Source: an uncultured Bdellovibrionales bacterium (GTDB taxonomy: Bacteria > Patescibacteriota > Minisyncoccia > Moranbacterales > UBA11712). Taken from it: a DNA stretch of 50,094 nucleotides. Each line of letters begins with the position of its first letter. Position 1 is the stretch's first letter. The translations under genes and the position numbers were made by a program. The notes under the pieces were generated by a model. That model was not told where the DNA came from and searched no databases. It saw only the letters and a list, made by a program, of their open reading frames with translations. This document shows, piece after piece, positions 41,695 through 50,094 of this stretch. Where the stretch lies: positions 36,003 to 86,096 of the forward strand of contig CAZIWW010000001.1 of the NCBI GenBank assembly GCA_964543275.1, in the 5' to 3' direction.

Positions 41695-42996
41695 ATGCTT
41701 ACCCACGAAAAAAATGTAATAGATGATGGAAAATTGAGTGGCAGCTATAAAAGAATTCTAATTACCTCCATCATTATCACTTTCTTTATGTCCTCTTTTC
41801 TGGGAGCGGTTTTTGGTTTTATGGGGGCTATGGTTGGTCAGCAGAAAGTTTTTTCCTGGCTTCCCGGATTTTTTCAGGAAGAGCGCGACGAGTTAATTGA
41901 CAGAAGCGATGATAGTAGCGCCAGTGAAACTCATAAATTAATCGAAGAAGAATCGGCGGTGACAGCCGTAGTTGAAAAAGCTTCGCCGGCAGTGGTTAGT
42001 ATCATTGTCACCAAGGACATTCCTAAGATACAGGAGTTTTTTTTCGATCCGTTTGAATCCGATCCATTTTTTAATCCGTTCGGCTCCAGAGACAAGAATC
42101 GGAATGATGCAAATGAAGGGGAGACAGAGAAACGGGAAATTGGAGGCGGGTCGGGCTTTATTGCTTCGAAGGACGGGCTGGTAGTTACTAATAAGCATGT
42201 AGTTTCAGATCAAAGCGCTGATTATACGGTTATGACCAATGATGGCAAAAAGTACGAAGCGCAAGTTATGGCCATTGATCCAATGAATGATATCGCTATC
42301 TTGAAAATAAATGCTAATAATCTCCCAGTGTTAGAGTTTGGAGATTCTGACAGCCTAAAAATTGGGCAGACGGTTATAGCTATAGGAAATTCTCTAGGTG
42401 AATTTAGAAATACTGTAAGTAAGGGAATTATCTCTGGGCTTAAGAGGTCGCTGACGGCTGGAACCGGGACTGGTGAACTGGAGACATTGAGCGAAGTCAT
42501 TCAGACTGACGCGGCTATCAATCCGGGAAATTCCGGCGGCCCGCTGCTTAACATTGATGGCCGGGTAATTGGAGTAAATGTGGCTATGGCTCAAGGAGCG
42601 GAGAACATCGGTTTTGCCCTGCCTGTAAATTTAGTTAAAAAAGACATTAATAGTGTTAAGAGTAAAGGAAAAATTGTGCAGCCGTTTTTGGGAGTGCGCT
42701 ATGTTATAGTTAATAAGCAAATCCAAAAGGAAAATAATCTTCCTTATGATTACGGCGCTTTGATTTTGCGCGGCCAGCGAATATCCGACTTAGCGGTGGT
42801 GCCCGGCAGTCCTGCTGACAAAGCTGGAATTGTGGAGAATGACATAATTTTGGAAGTGAACGGAAAAAAAGTCAACAATAAGACCCCACTCGGCAGTTTA
42901 ATAGCTAAATATAATGTAGGCGATACGGTAAATCTTAAAATTTGGCACAAGGGAGAAGAGAAGACGGTATCAGCGAATTTGGAAGAAAGAAAGTAA
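41695..42996 (+). CDS. HtrA/DegP-family serine protease with a PDZ domain
   Basis: N-terminal TM. Triad contexts VTNKHVV, NDIAILKI and GNSGGPLLN. C-terminal PDZ (GSPADKAGIVENDIILEVNG). Confidence 0.85.
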   Translation: MLTHEKNVIDDGKLSGSYKRILITSIIITFFMSSFLGAVFGFMGAMVGQQKVFSWLPGFFQEERDELIDRSDDSSASETHKLIEEESAVTAVVEKASPAVVSIIVTKDIPKIQEFFFDPFESDPFFNPFGSRDKNRNDANEGETEKREIGGGSGFIASKDGLVVTNKHVVSDQSADYTVMTNDGKKYEAQVMAIDPMNDIAILKINANNLPVLEFGDSDSLKIGQTVIAIGNSLGEFRNTVSKGIISGLKRSLTAGTGTGELETLSEVIQTDAAINPGNSGGPLLNIDGRVIGVNVAMAQGAENIGFALPVNLVKKDINSVKSKGKIVQPFLGVRYVIVNKQIQKENNLPYDYGALILRGQRISDLAVVPGSPADKAGIVENDIILEVNGKKVNNKTPLGSLIAKYNVGDTVNLKIWHKGEEKTVSANLEERK

Positions 42997-43004
42997 AAAA
43001 TCTT

Positions 43005-43025
43005 TTTAGGGATCCGATCCCTAAA
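43005..43025. repeat. REP-like 21-nt palindrome, upstream copy (inverted orientation)
   Basis: TTTAGGGATCCGATCCCTAAA. Matches 20 of 21 positions of the reverse complement of the other two copies. Confidence 0.7.
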
Positions 43026-43042
43026 TTCCTCAAACTAATGAA

Positions 43043-43696
43043 ATGAGAAGGAAAGTAGAGCTTGTCAGCGGTCAATATTATCATGTTTATAACCGAGGTG
43101 TTGAGAAACGCGATATCTTTTTGGATGATTCTGACTATCTTCGCTTTTTGAAGTCCTTGAAGTGCTTCAATCAGGAAGATCCTATCTTCAGCTTGTTTTG
43201 GAATAACATTAAAAAGAGAAATTTAGGGGTCGGATCCCTAAAATCAAGGAAGTTGGTAGATATCGTAGCGTATTGCCTGAATCCTAACCATTTCCATTTA
43301 CTCTTAAAACAGGTAATCGACGGTGGCATTTCTGAATTTATGAGAAGGTTGGGTACAGGCTATACAGGTTATTTTAATCACAAATATCAACGATCGGGTG
43401 TTTTGTTTCAAGGAAGATTTAAATCAATTCATATAAGTTCAAATTCGTATCTTTTATATTTGTCTGCTTACATAAATGAAAATAATTTTATTCATGGATA
43501 CACAGAAAATAGCCGGAATTGGAAATATTCAAGTTATTCCGATTACATAGGGGAAAGGCAGGGAGAGTTGTGCAACAAAGATATTATTCTTGATCAGTTC
43601 GGATATGACTTCAAAGGATATGAAGAATTTTCCAGGGAAAACGCTTTATATCTTAAGGAGAGAAAGGAAGATGAGAAATATTTATTGGAAAACTGA
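43043..43696 (+). CDS. IS200-like / REP-associated (RAYT-like) Y1 HUH transposase
   Basis: YHVYNRGVEKRDIF, the HUH motif NPNHFHLLL, LFQGRFKS, and a Tyr-containing helix LSAYINENNFIHG. No tnpB partner. Confidence 0.7.
   Translation: MRRKVELVSGQYYHVYNRGVEKRDIFLDDSDYLRFLKSLKCFNQEDPIFSLFWNNIKKRNLGVGSLKSRKLVDIVAYCLNPNHFHLLLKQVIDGGISEFMRRLGTGYTGYFNHKYQRSGVLFQGRFKSIHISSNSYLLYLSAYINENNFIHGYTENSRNWKYSSYSDYIGERQGELCNKDIILDQFGYDFKGYEEFSRENALYLKERKEDEKYLLEN
43222..43242. repeat. REP-like 21-nt palindrome, copy inside the transposase CDS
   Basis: TTTAGGGGTCGGATCCCTAAA, identical to 43700-43720. Translated in frame as LGVGSLK. Confidence 0.7.
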
Positions 43697-43699
43697 CCT

Positions 43700-43720
43700 T
43701 TTAGGGGTCGGATCCCTAAA
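43700..43720. repeat. REP-like 21-nt palindrome, downstream copy
   Basis: TTTAGGGGTCGGATCCCTAAA, 4 nt after the transposase stop and 6 nt before the clpB ATG. Confidence 0.7.
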
Positions 43721-43725
43721 TTTTT

Positions 43726-46332
43726 ATGGACTTAAATAGGTTTACTCTAAAATCCCAAGAAGCCTTGCAAGGAGCGCATCAGTTAGCTCAAAGCCAGAGT
43801 CAAAATGTTGTGGATGTTTTGCATTTGCTTTATGTGCTTATTACCCAGGAAGAAAGTGTTGTTCCAGCCATCCTGGATAAATTGAATGTAAAAAGGGATG
43901 AGTTGAAAAACGATATTTTTTCCGAGATAGAAAAAATTCCCAAAGTTTCTAGCACGCAGGTTTATTTATCTTCTGAAATGGCGGGCGTTCTGCAGGAGTC
44001 TTTCCGCGAAGCCCAAAGTTTAGGAGATAGGTTTGTTAGTACCGAGCATTTATTTCTAGCATTGCTAAATGTGGCTAGTCGTGCTAAAAAATTTTTAGAA
44101 GAAAGCGGCATCAATCGTAGCGAAGTCTTAAAAGTTATGAAAGAAGTAAGGGGAAACCAAAGCGTTGATAGTCCGTCGCCGGAAGGGAAATATCAGGCTT
44201 TGGAAAAATACACCATTAATCTTACCCGCGAAGCCAGTCAGGAAAAATTGGATCCGGTAATTGGAAGAGAAGAGGAAATCCGAAGAGTTATGCAAGTTCT
44301 TACGCGACGCACCAAGAATAATCCGGTGCTTATTGGAGAAGCTGGGACGGGTAAGACTGCCATTGTTGAAGGTTTAGCCCAAAGAATAGCGACCGGCGAT
44401 GTTCCTGAAAGCTTAAAGGGCAGGGAAATTTTGGCTTTGGACTTGGGTATGATTTTGGCCGGTTCGAAATTCCGTGGAGAATTTGAGGAAAGATTTAAAG
44501 CTGTCCTAAACGAGATCGAAAAGTCGGAAGGAAAATATATCTTGTTTATTGACGAGCTGCACACTTTAGTTGGAGCCGGAGCTATTGAGGGAGCAATGGA
44601 CGCCTCTAATATGCTTAAGCCGGCTTTAGCCAGAGGAAAACTGCGGGCTATCGGCGCGACTACGCTCAAAGAATATCAAAAGTATATTGAAAAGGATGCG
44701 GCTTTTGAGCGACGCTTTCAGCCTGTGCTGGTTAAAGAACCGACGGTTGAAGATGCCATTGCCATTCTCCGCGGTCTTAAGGAGAAGTATGAAGTTCATC
44801 ACGGGGTGCGCATCACTGACGGGGCTATCGTGGCGGCGGCCAATCTTTCTAACCGCTATATTACCGATCGCTTTCTGCCTGACAAAGCGGTTGATCTTAT
44901 AGACGAAGCTACTTCCGCTCTCCGAATGGAAATTGACAGCATGCCTGGGGAAATAGATAATCTGGAGCGTGAGAAAAGAAAACTAGAGATAGAAAGAGAA
45001 GCTTTAAAGAAGGAAAAAGATGAAGAGTCGAAGAAGAAAGTGAAAGAAATTGAAAAAAAATTAGCCGATGTGAAAGAAAAGGCTAATAGATTAAAGCTGC
45101 AGTGGAAGAACGAGAAGGATCTTATAACTAATATCAGAGGCTATAAAAGTGAAATCGATCGCTTAAAAGGAGAGTCTGACGTTTTGGAGCGCAGAGGCGA
45201 GCTAAGCAAGGTGGCCGAAATTCGCTACGGGAAAATCCCAGAGCTTAAAAAGAAAATAAAAAAAGAGCAGGGAAAATTAAAAGTTCTGCAGAAGAATAAT
45301 CCTATTCTCAAGGAGGAGATTACTGAAGAAGATGTTGCCAAAGTGGTTTCCCGATGGACCGGCGTTCCGGTCGCCAAAATGCTGGAAGGAGAGATGGAAA
45401 AGTTAGCTAAAGCTGAAAAAGCCTTAAGTTTAAGAGTAATCGGGCAGGAGGAAGCTGTTTCGGCCGTGTCAAACGCTCTTCGCAGGTCGCGAGCTGGTAT
45501 TGCTGAAGAGAGCAGACCTGTCGGATCTTTTATTTTTCTCGGTCCTACCGGAGTAGGCAAGACAGAGTTAGCCAAAGCGCTGGCGGAATTTCTTTTTAAC
45601 GATGAAGACGCAATGATAAGGGTCGATATGAGCGAATATATGGAGCAGCATAGCGTAGCTAAGATGATTGGATCGCCTCCCGGTTATGTGGGGTACGAGG
45701 AAAGCGGGCAGTTGACGGAAAAAGTAAGAAGACGTCCCTATAGCGTGATACTTTTTGACGAGATTGAAAAAGCCCATCCGGATGTTTTTAATATGTTGCT
45801 TCAAATTTTGGATGACGGGCGTCTTACTGACGCCAAGGGGCGCGTGGTTAGTTTTAAGAACGCGGTTATAATTATGACTTCTAATGTGGGAAGTGACATA
45901 ATTTATAAAATGCGGGAGATTGGCTTCAAGAACGAAAGAAAAAGAGAAATCTTAAAAGAAGAGGAGATGAAAGAAAGGGTTATGCGAGCTCTTCGGGAAA
46001 AGTTTAAACCAGAATTTTTGAATCGAGTGGATGAGATAATTATTTTCCATCCTCTGAACACCGGGCAAATTAAGAAGATTATCGATCTTCAATTGAATCA
46101 AGTTAAGCGGAGATTGGCTGGCAGAAATATCCAGTTGGAAGTAACATCGGCGGCGAAAGAGTTGCTTGTCAGGAAGGGGTTCGACCCGGTTTTCGGAGCC
46201 AGGCCTCTGAAGCGAACGATCCAAAATTTAGTCCTTGACGAGTTGGCTCTTAGGATTGTAGAAGGAAAGGTTAAAGAAGGAGACAAGGTGAAGGTGGATG
46301 CTCGAGGCGGGAAAATAGTCATAAGGGAATAA
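43726..46332 (+). CDS. clpB: ATP-dependent chaperone ClpB
   Basis: 868 aa. Clp N domain, two AAA+ modules (GEAGTGKTA; GPTGVGKTE) and a long middle coiled coil. Confidence 0.95.
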   Translation: MDLNRFTLKSQEALQGAHQLAQSQSQNVVDVLHLLYVLITQEESVVPAILDKLNVKRDELKNDIFSEIEKIPKVSSTQVYLSSEMAGVLQESFREAQSLGDRFVSTEHLFLALLNVASRAKKFLEESGINRSEVLKVMKEVRGNQSVDSPSPEGKYQALEKYTINLTREASQEKLDPVIGREEEIRRVMQVLTRRTKNNPVLIGEAGTGKTAIVEGLAQRIATGDVPESLKGREILALDLGMILAGSKFRGEFEERFKAVLNEIEKSEGKYILFIDELHTLVGAGAIEGAMDASNMLKPALARGKLRAIGATTLKEYQKYIEKDAAFERRFQPVLVKEPTVEDAIAILRGLKEKYEVHHGVRITDGAIVAAANLSNRYITDRFLPDKAVDLIDEATSALRMEIDSMPGEIDNLEREKRKLEIEREALKKEKDEESKKKVKEIEKKLADVKEKANRLKLQWKNEKDLITNIRGYKSEIDRLKGESDVLERRGELSKVAEIRYGKIPELKKKIKKEQGKLKVLQKNNPILKEEITEEDVAKVVSRWTGVPVAKMLEGEMEKLAKAEKALSLRVIGQEEAVSAVSNALRRSRAGIAEESRPVGSFIFLGPTGVGKTELAKALAEFLFNDEDAMIRVDMSEYMEQHSVAKMIGSPPGYVGYEESGQLTEKVRRRPYSVILFDEIEKAHPDVFNMLLQILDDGRLTDAKGRVVSFKNAVIIMTSNVGSDIIYKMREIGFKNERKREILKEEEMKERVMRALREKFKPEFLNRVDEIIIFHPLNTGQIKKIIDLQLNQVKRRLAGRNIQLEVTSAAKELLVRKGFDPVFGARPLKRTIQNLVLDELALRIVEGKVKEGDKVKVDARGGKIVIRE

Positions 46333-46490
46333 GTCATAAGCGGCAGATCTAGTTTTAGGCCATAAGTTATGGGAAATTTTCTGCGACTTACATTCTATTC
46401 TACGATTTAACCTACTTGCCCGAGCGATCAGTGGTCTTTTGGCAGGGCGTGAGCCGCCAAAGGTCTATTTTCCATCAACCTACTAAATTT

Positions 46491-47243
46491 ATGTTTTGGA
46501 ACTTCAGAATTTTCTTGCTTTCAGTTTTGTTTTTCGCGGCTCTGCGGGCAACCCTTATTTACTCAGATTATATTTTCTGGATTTGGCTTTTATTTGGACT
46601 GGTTCTGTTATTTAGCACAAGGAGGTTAGCCAAGAGGTGGTTTTTTGCGATTCTGCCTCTACTCCTGTCAGCGAGTTCGGTTTCGCTCTTATTTTTTATT
46701 GACTCGCTGAATTTCATAAAAGTTTTTGTTTTTTTGACAGCCGCTGTTTTTTATTTTTGTCTTCTAGGAAGCTATCGTTTAAGTAAATATAATAAAGATC
46801 AAACAGCCAAGGGGATGTATAACACAGCCGCTTTCTCCGCGCTTTTCTTTTTCTACGCGGCTTCTTACGGATGGTACCTTAATGAAATTAGACTGCCGGT
46901 TTGGGAGTTAACCGTGATTTTAATGGCGATTTTTGCCGTGATCACTTTTTTCATTTCGTCTTTATCTTTTACTGTTAATCAACTAAGCTCTCACGAACGA
47001 TGGCTGTACGCCTTCATTCTGGCTCTCGCTTTAACTCAAGTGGTTTGGATTCAAAGTTTCTGGCCTTTTGGATACTTGACCGTGGGGACTGTTGCTCTCA
47101 TAATCTACTATGTCAGCTGGGACATTATCCGCAATTATTTTTCAGATAAGTTTAGCTTTAAGGGGGTTGTTTTTAATCTTGCTTTTCTGTTTGGATCCAT
47201 AGCGATTCTACTCGTCAGCTCTAAATGGTATCCAGTTGTTTAA
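46491..47243 (+). CDS. Hypothetical polytopic membrane protein
   Basis: Start moved to ATG 46491. About seven hydrophobic segments. No motif recognised. Confidence 0.5.
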   Translation: MFWNFRIFLLSVLFFAALRATLIYSDYIFWIWLLFGLVLLFSTRRLAKRWFFAILPLLLSASSVSLLFFIDSLNFIKVFVFLTAAVFYFCLLGSYRLSKYNKDQTAKGMYNTAAFSALFFFYAASYGWYLNEIRLPVWELTVILMAIFAVITFFISSLSFTVNQLSSHERWLYAFILALALTQVVWIQSFWPFGYLTVGTVALIIYYVSWDIIRNYFSDKFSFKGVVFNLAFLFGSIAILLVSSKWYPVV

Positions 47244-47319
47244 GGGTTTATGATTTACGATTTAAGAATTATAATTTTGGTTGCGGATCTGTGTTCTTGG
47301 GTTGCTTAATTAACGCATT

Positions 47320-48534
47320 ATGAGTGATGTCAAGAGCAATAAATCTTACACAAGCCGAAAATCTCGCGTGTTGCACCGCGGTGCGAGGTTCGTTTTTTTT
47401 GCGGTCTTTATTTTTGTGGTAGCCGGTGTAAGTTCAGTAATAGTGGATAAGTATTTATTTCCTTATCTCACTAGCGTTGATTGGCTTAATAAGTATGACC
47501 TTTTCAAAAAGGGAGCGGAGAATATAGTAGTGATTAACAAAACAGAAGAAGTTGTTATTAGCGAAGAGCAGACCATTGCCAAGTATTCCGACAAAGCCGC
47601 TTCCAGCGTGGTGGAGATAGTTTCCAGGAAGAAGAGCGGCAAGAAAGTAAAATCGTTGGATAAAAACAAAAGTGAGATAGGCAGCGGTTTAATTATTACG
47701 GCCGACGGTCTGGTTATAACTCACCGCGAGGCGATAATTGACAAAAGCGCCGAGTACAGAATTTTTACTTATGATAACAAATCCTACATCGGGAAACTTC
47801 TGATGATTGACTCCTTTTCTAATTTAGCGTTTCTAAAATTGGAGGGAGCGACTAATCTTCCCACAGCGTCTTTTATCAATCCGGACGATATTAAAATCGG
47901 GGCTAAGGTTGTGGTTATAGGAAAGAGCGGATCTAATTCTCAAACATTCTTTAAATCCGGCCTCATTAGTCAGTTTGCCAAGAATTATTCCATAAGCGGG
48001 CCATTGGCCTCGTCCGAGAAACTGCAGGGAGTTTTTTTTCTAGACGCTGATTTTGAGAATGATTGGGATGAAAGTTTAATTGGAAGCGCGGTGGTTGATT
48101 ACAATGGGGATGTGATTGGAATTTTGGGAGCCGTAAAAGATGATCAGCGAATGAGATTTTTTGTAGCTCCGGTAAATCATATCCAAGAGCTTACCAAACG
48201 TTATCTCGAGGAAGGGGTTGTTGAAAGAAGTACTCTAGGAATTTACTATGTTCCGCTGACCAAGGAGACAGCCTATTTGAGCGGGAGCGGTCTGGATCGT
48301 GGAGCTTTAGTTTACTCTTCGAGTCTTCAGCAAGGCTTGGCAGTTATTGCCGGCAGTCCGGCGGATAAGGCGGGTCTTCGGATAATGGATATAATCATAA
48401 GCGTTAATGGAGAGGAAATTAACTCTGATCAAAATTTGGCCTATCTTATTTCGAAATATAAACCTGGGGATGAGATTACTCTTAAAATTGTAAGGGATGG
48501 AGAAAGAATAGATGTTAAAGCAATATTGGAGTGA
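47320..48534 (+). CDS. HtrA-like protein with PDZ domain; catalytic triad apparently substituted
   Basis: Colinear with 41695-42996, but VTNKHVV becomes ITHREAI, NDIAILKI becomes SNLAFLKL, and GNSGGPLLN becomes ESLIGSAVVD. PDZ retained (GSPADKAGLRIMDIIISVNG). Confidence 0.6.
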   Translation: MSDVKSNKSYTSRKSRVLHRGARFVFFAVFIFVVAGVSSVIVDKYLFPYLTSVDWLNKYDLFKKGAENIVVINKTEEVVISEEQTIAKYSDKAASSVVEIVSRKKSGKKVKSLDKNKSEIGSGLIITADGLVITHREAIIDKSAEYRIFTYDNKSYIGKLLMIDSFSNLAFLKLEGATNLPTASFINPDDIKIGAKVVVIGKSGSNSQTFFKSGLISQFAKNYSISGPLASSEKLQGVFFLDADFENDWDESLIGSAVVDYNGDVIGILGAVKDDQRMRFFVAPVNHIQELTKRYLEEGVVERSTLGIYYVPLTKETAYLSGSGLDRGALVYSSSLQQGLAVIAGSPADKAGLRIMDIIISVNGEEINSDQNLAYLISKYKPGDEITLKIVRDGERIDVKAILE

Positions 48535-48739
48535 TATAGAGACGGTAATTGTTTATGGTGGATGGAAATAGGCTTAAAGCTGCGGGACTGGTTGTAAGTC
48601 GTAAGCCGCAGGAAATTTTCTTGCAGCCGATCTGTAATTTGTAACTTAACTTACCGTTAATGACCTATCTCCAAATAACTTTTCCTTGACACAACAGCTG
48701 GATTTGATAGTCTTTATAAGTAATTTTTAGACACTTTTC

Positions 48740-49045
48740 ATGATAGCCATTATAAGAACTGGAGGGAAACAATACCTAGCTAAAAAAGGCGATAAGCTAA
48801 AAGTGGAAAAGCTGGAAGGCAAAGTTGGTGATAAGATAACTTTCAGCGAAGTTTTGTTTTTGGGCGATGAGAAGGAAGTTAAGATAGGCAAGCCTACTAT
48901 TGAAGACGCTAAAATAGAAGCTAAAATTATACGGCAGGATAAATCCAGAAAAGTAATCATAGTCAAGCACAAGCCGAAGAAAAGATATTTAGTGAGAAAA
49001 GGACATCGGCAGTGGTTTACGGAGGTGGAGATTGTAAAGGCATAG
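48740..49045 (+). CDS. rplU: 50S ribosomal protein L21
   Basis: MIAIIRTGGKQYLAKKGDKLKVEKL ... KHKPKKRYLVRKGHRQWFTEVEI. Confidence 0.9.
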   Translation: MIAIIRTGGKQYLAKKGDKLKVEKLEGKVGDKITFSEVLFLGDEKEVKIGKPTIEDAKIEAKIIRQDKSRKVIIVKHKPKKRYLVRKGHRQWFTEVEIVKA

Positions 49046-49060
49046 TGTTTGGGAAGCACA

Positions 49061-49091
49061 AAAAAGCGGGCATGTCGAAGCCCGTTTTTTG
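49061..49091. terminator. Bidirectional rho-independent terminator between rplU and recR
   Basis: AAAAAA-GCGGGC-ATGTCGAA-GCCCGT-TTTTTT. Confidence 0.7.
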
Positions 49092-49106
49092 TTGTAGTGT
49101 TTTTTT

Positions 49107-49228
49107 AAATTTCTAATTAATCTAATTTCTAATTGATCTAATCAATACCTAAGCGCTAATGCCCAATTGCTGTTTGGTTATTGGGATTTATTTAGGTCAA
49201 TTAGATTAATTAGAGCAATTAGAAATTT
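49107..49228. repeat. Hairpin element, AATTAGAT family
   Basis: AAATTTCTAATTAATCTAATTTCTAATTGATCTAAT... pairs with ...AGGTCAATTAGATTAATTAGAGCAATTAGAAATTT. The loop holds CCCAAT/ATTGGG. The element abuts the recR stop. Confidence 0.65.
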
Positions 49229-49819
49229 TCACATCTTCTTTCGCCCCTCGATCGCTCCAGTTAGTGTAACTTCGTCCGCGTATTCAATGTCCCCACCGGT
49301 TGGCAGTCCGCGGGCCAAGCGAGTAATTTTAATCCCAAGCGGCTTAATGAGGCGCGCTAGATAGAGAGCAGTGGCTTCGCCTTCGGTGGTTGGATTAGTG
49401 GCGATGATAACCTCTTTTACCGGAGATTTTTTTATCCGAGCGATTAGTTCATTTATTTTCAAATCTTGCTTTTTCCCTGTCGGTGAATTTATGGTTCCGC
49501 CTAAAACATGGTACAGCCCGTTCATTTTTTTTGTTTTTTCGATAGAAATAATGTCCAGCGGTTCTTCAACTACGCAAATAGTAGATTGGTCACGGTTTTT
49601 GTCTTGGCAGATAGAGCATAGGCCATTTTCGGAAATATTGAAACACTGTGGGCAGTAATGAATTTTGGCCTTAAGCTCTTTTAGGGTGTTAGCAAAATTA
49701 TCCAGCCTCTCTTGATCTTGTTTGAATAAATACAAAACTAGCCGCTCGGCCATCTTGGGTCCGACCGACGGCAAAGAAGCGAAGTGATTGATGAGTTTTT
49801 GGAAGGATTTAGGAAACAT
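49229..49819 (-). CDS. recR: Recombination protein RecR
   Basis: HhH N-terminus (LINHFASLPSVGPKMAERL), Cys4 finger (CPQC...CSIC) and a Toprim domain. Confidence 0.9.
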   Translation of the reverse strand: MFPKSFQKLINHFASLPSVGPKMAERLVLYLFKQDQERLDNFANTLKELKAKIHYCPQCFNISENGLCSICQDKNRDQSTICVVEEPLDIISIEKTKKMNGLYHVLGGTINSPTGKKQDLKINELIARIKKSPVKEVIIATNPTTEGEATALYLARLIKPLGIKITRLARGLPTGGDIEYADEVTLTGAIEGRKKM

Positions 49820-49825
49820 GGATTT

Positions 49826-50050
49826 CTCTACGAATTACGAATTTTATACGAATATACGAATATACGAATATACGAATATTCTAAGTCATAGGGGAATAGA
49901 GTATAGGCAGTAGGTCAAGTCGTAGAGTATAGGTTATAAGAACTTTATTCGAATCCCTATGGTCTACAACTTACAACCAGTCTTACAGCTTACATCTTAT
50001 TTCCCTACAACCTAGATTAGTATATTCGTAAGTGATTCGTAATTCGTAAA
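49826..50050. repeat. Composite nested palindromic element directly upstream of recR
   Basis: Outer TACGAAT arms (49826-49880 and 50018-50050). Four tandem ACGAATAT units. Inner ATAAG/GTAG arms versus CTACAAC/CTTACA arms (49881-50015). Confidence 0.7.
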
Positions 50051-50094
50051 GTTAGAAGCTTGCTTCTTCTCGTTTTTTCTCCAACGACGAGAAG

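Noticed and set aside
43043-43696. Complete IS200/IS605 insertion sequence
   Set aside because: There is no tnpB, and no typical subterminal imperfect hairpins distinct at the left and right ends. Instead, one short palindrome occurs in three copies, which fits the RAYT/REP arrangement better.
1-50094. Possible CRISPR array among the many short repeated motifs
   Set aside because: The repeats form paired inverted arms built from degenerate periodic motifs. They are not regularly spaced identical direct repeats with unique spacers, and no cas gene is visible. The Cas2-like fold at 34004-34579 fits a PaaX-type regulator better.
50052-50094. 3' end of a minus-strand gene at the window edge (..FSSLEKKREEASF, then stop)
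   Set aside because: Only 13 codons are visible. A ybaB/ebfC-like gene is expected upstream of recR, but it cannot be supported from this fragment.

Overview
Gene-dense, moderately AT-rich bacterial chromosome segment. The gene content suggests a reduced Candidate Phyla Radiation / Patescibacteria-type genome (inference only). No rRNA gene or CRISPR array was seen. Recognisable genes, left to right: two tandem GT-C (ArnT/PMT-like) glycosyltransferases; a SpoIID/LytB-domain protein with a Lys/Tyr-rich segment; a + strand block of unrecognised proteins (6490-15758) ending in a membrane-anchored VirD4/TraG-type ATPase; nitroreductase; acylphosphatase; GtrA-like protein; a minus-strand tetR / patatin / RND-adaptor / RND-pump block; a YkuK-like protein; a truncated dcw cluster (mraZ-rsmH-ftsL-like-ftsI-murF); a loosely packed island with tRNA-Glu(CUC), a PaaX-like regulator and a minimal protein kinase; polyprenyl synthase; porGDAB (pyruvate:ferredoxin oxidoreductase); ferredoxin; HtrA; an IS200/RAYT-like Y1 transposase; ClpB; a second HtrA-like protein with substituted catalytic residues; rplU; recR. 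The most unusual signal is not a gene. Nearly every longer intergenic spacer holds a long imperfect hairpin whose arms are built from short periodic motifs (TACGAAT, AAATCCAAA/AAATCCCAAT, AAACTCAAAAC, ATACAAGATAC, AATTAGAT, GTAAG/ATAAG). Two of these hairpins carry a four-helix-bundle (23S rRNA IVS protein / Avd-like) gene between their arms, one of them inside the por operon. Several repeat arms also supply the first or last codons of neighbouring genes. Other points: three copies of a 21-nt palindrome around the RAYT-like gene, a phased GTGG array at the mraZ promoter, palindromic operators at tetR, and four perfect DnaA-box 9-mers that all lie beside promoters. All functional calls rest on motif recognition by eye and need database confirmation.
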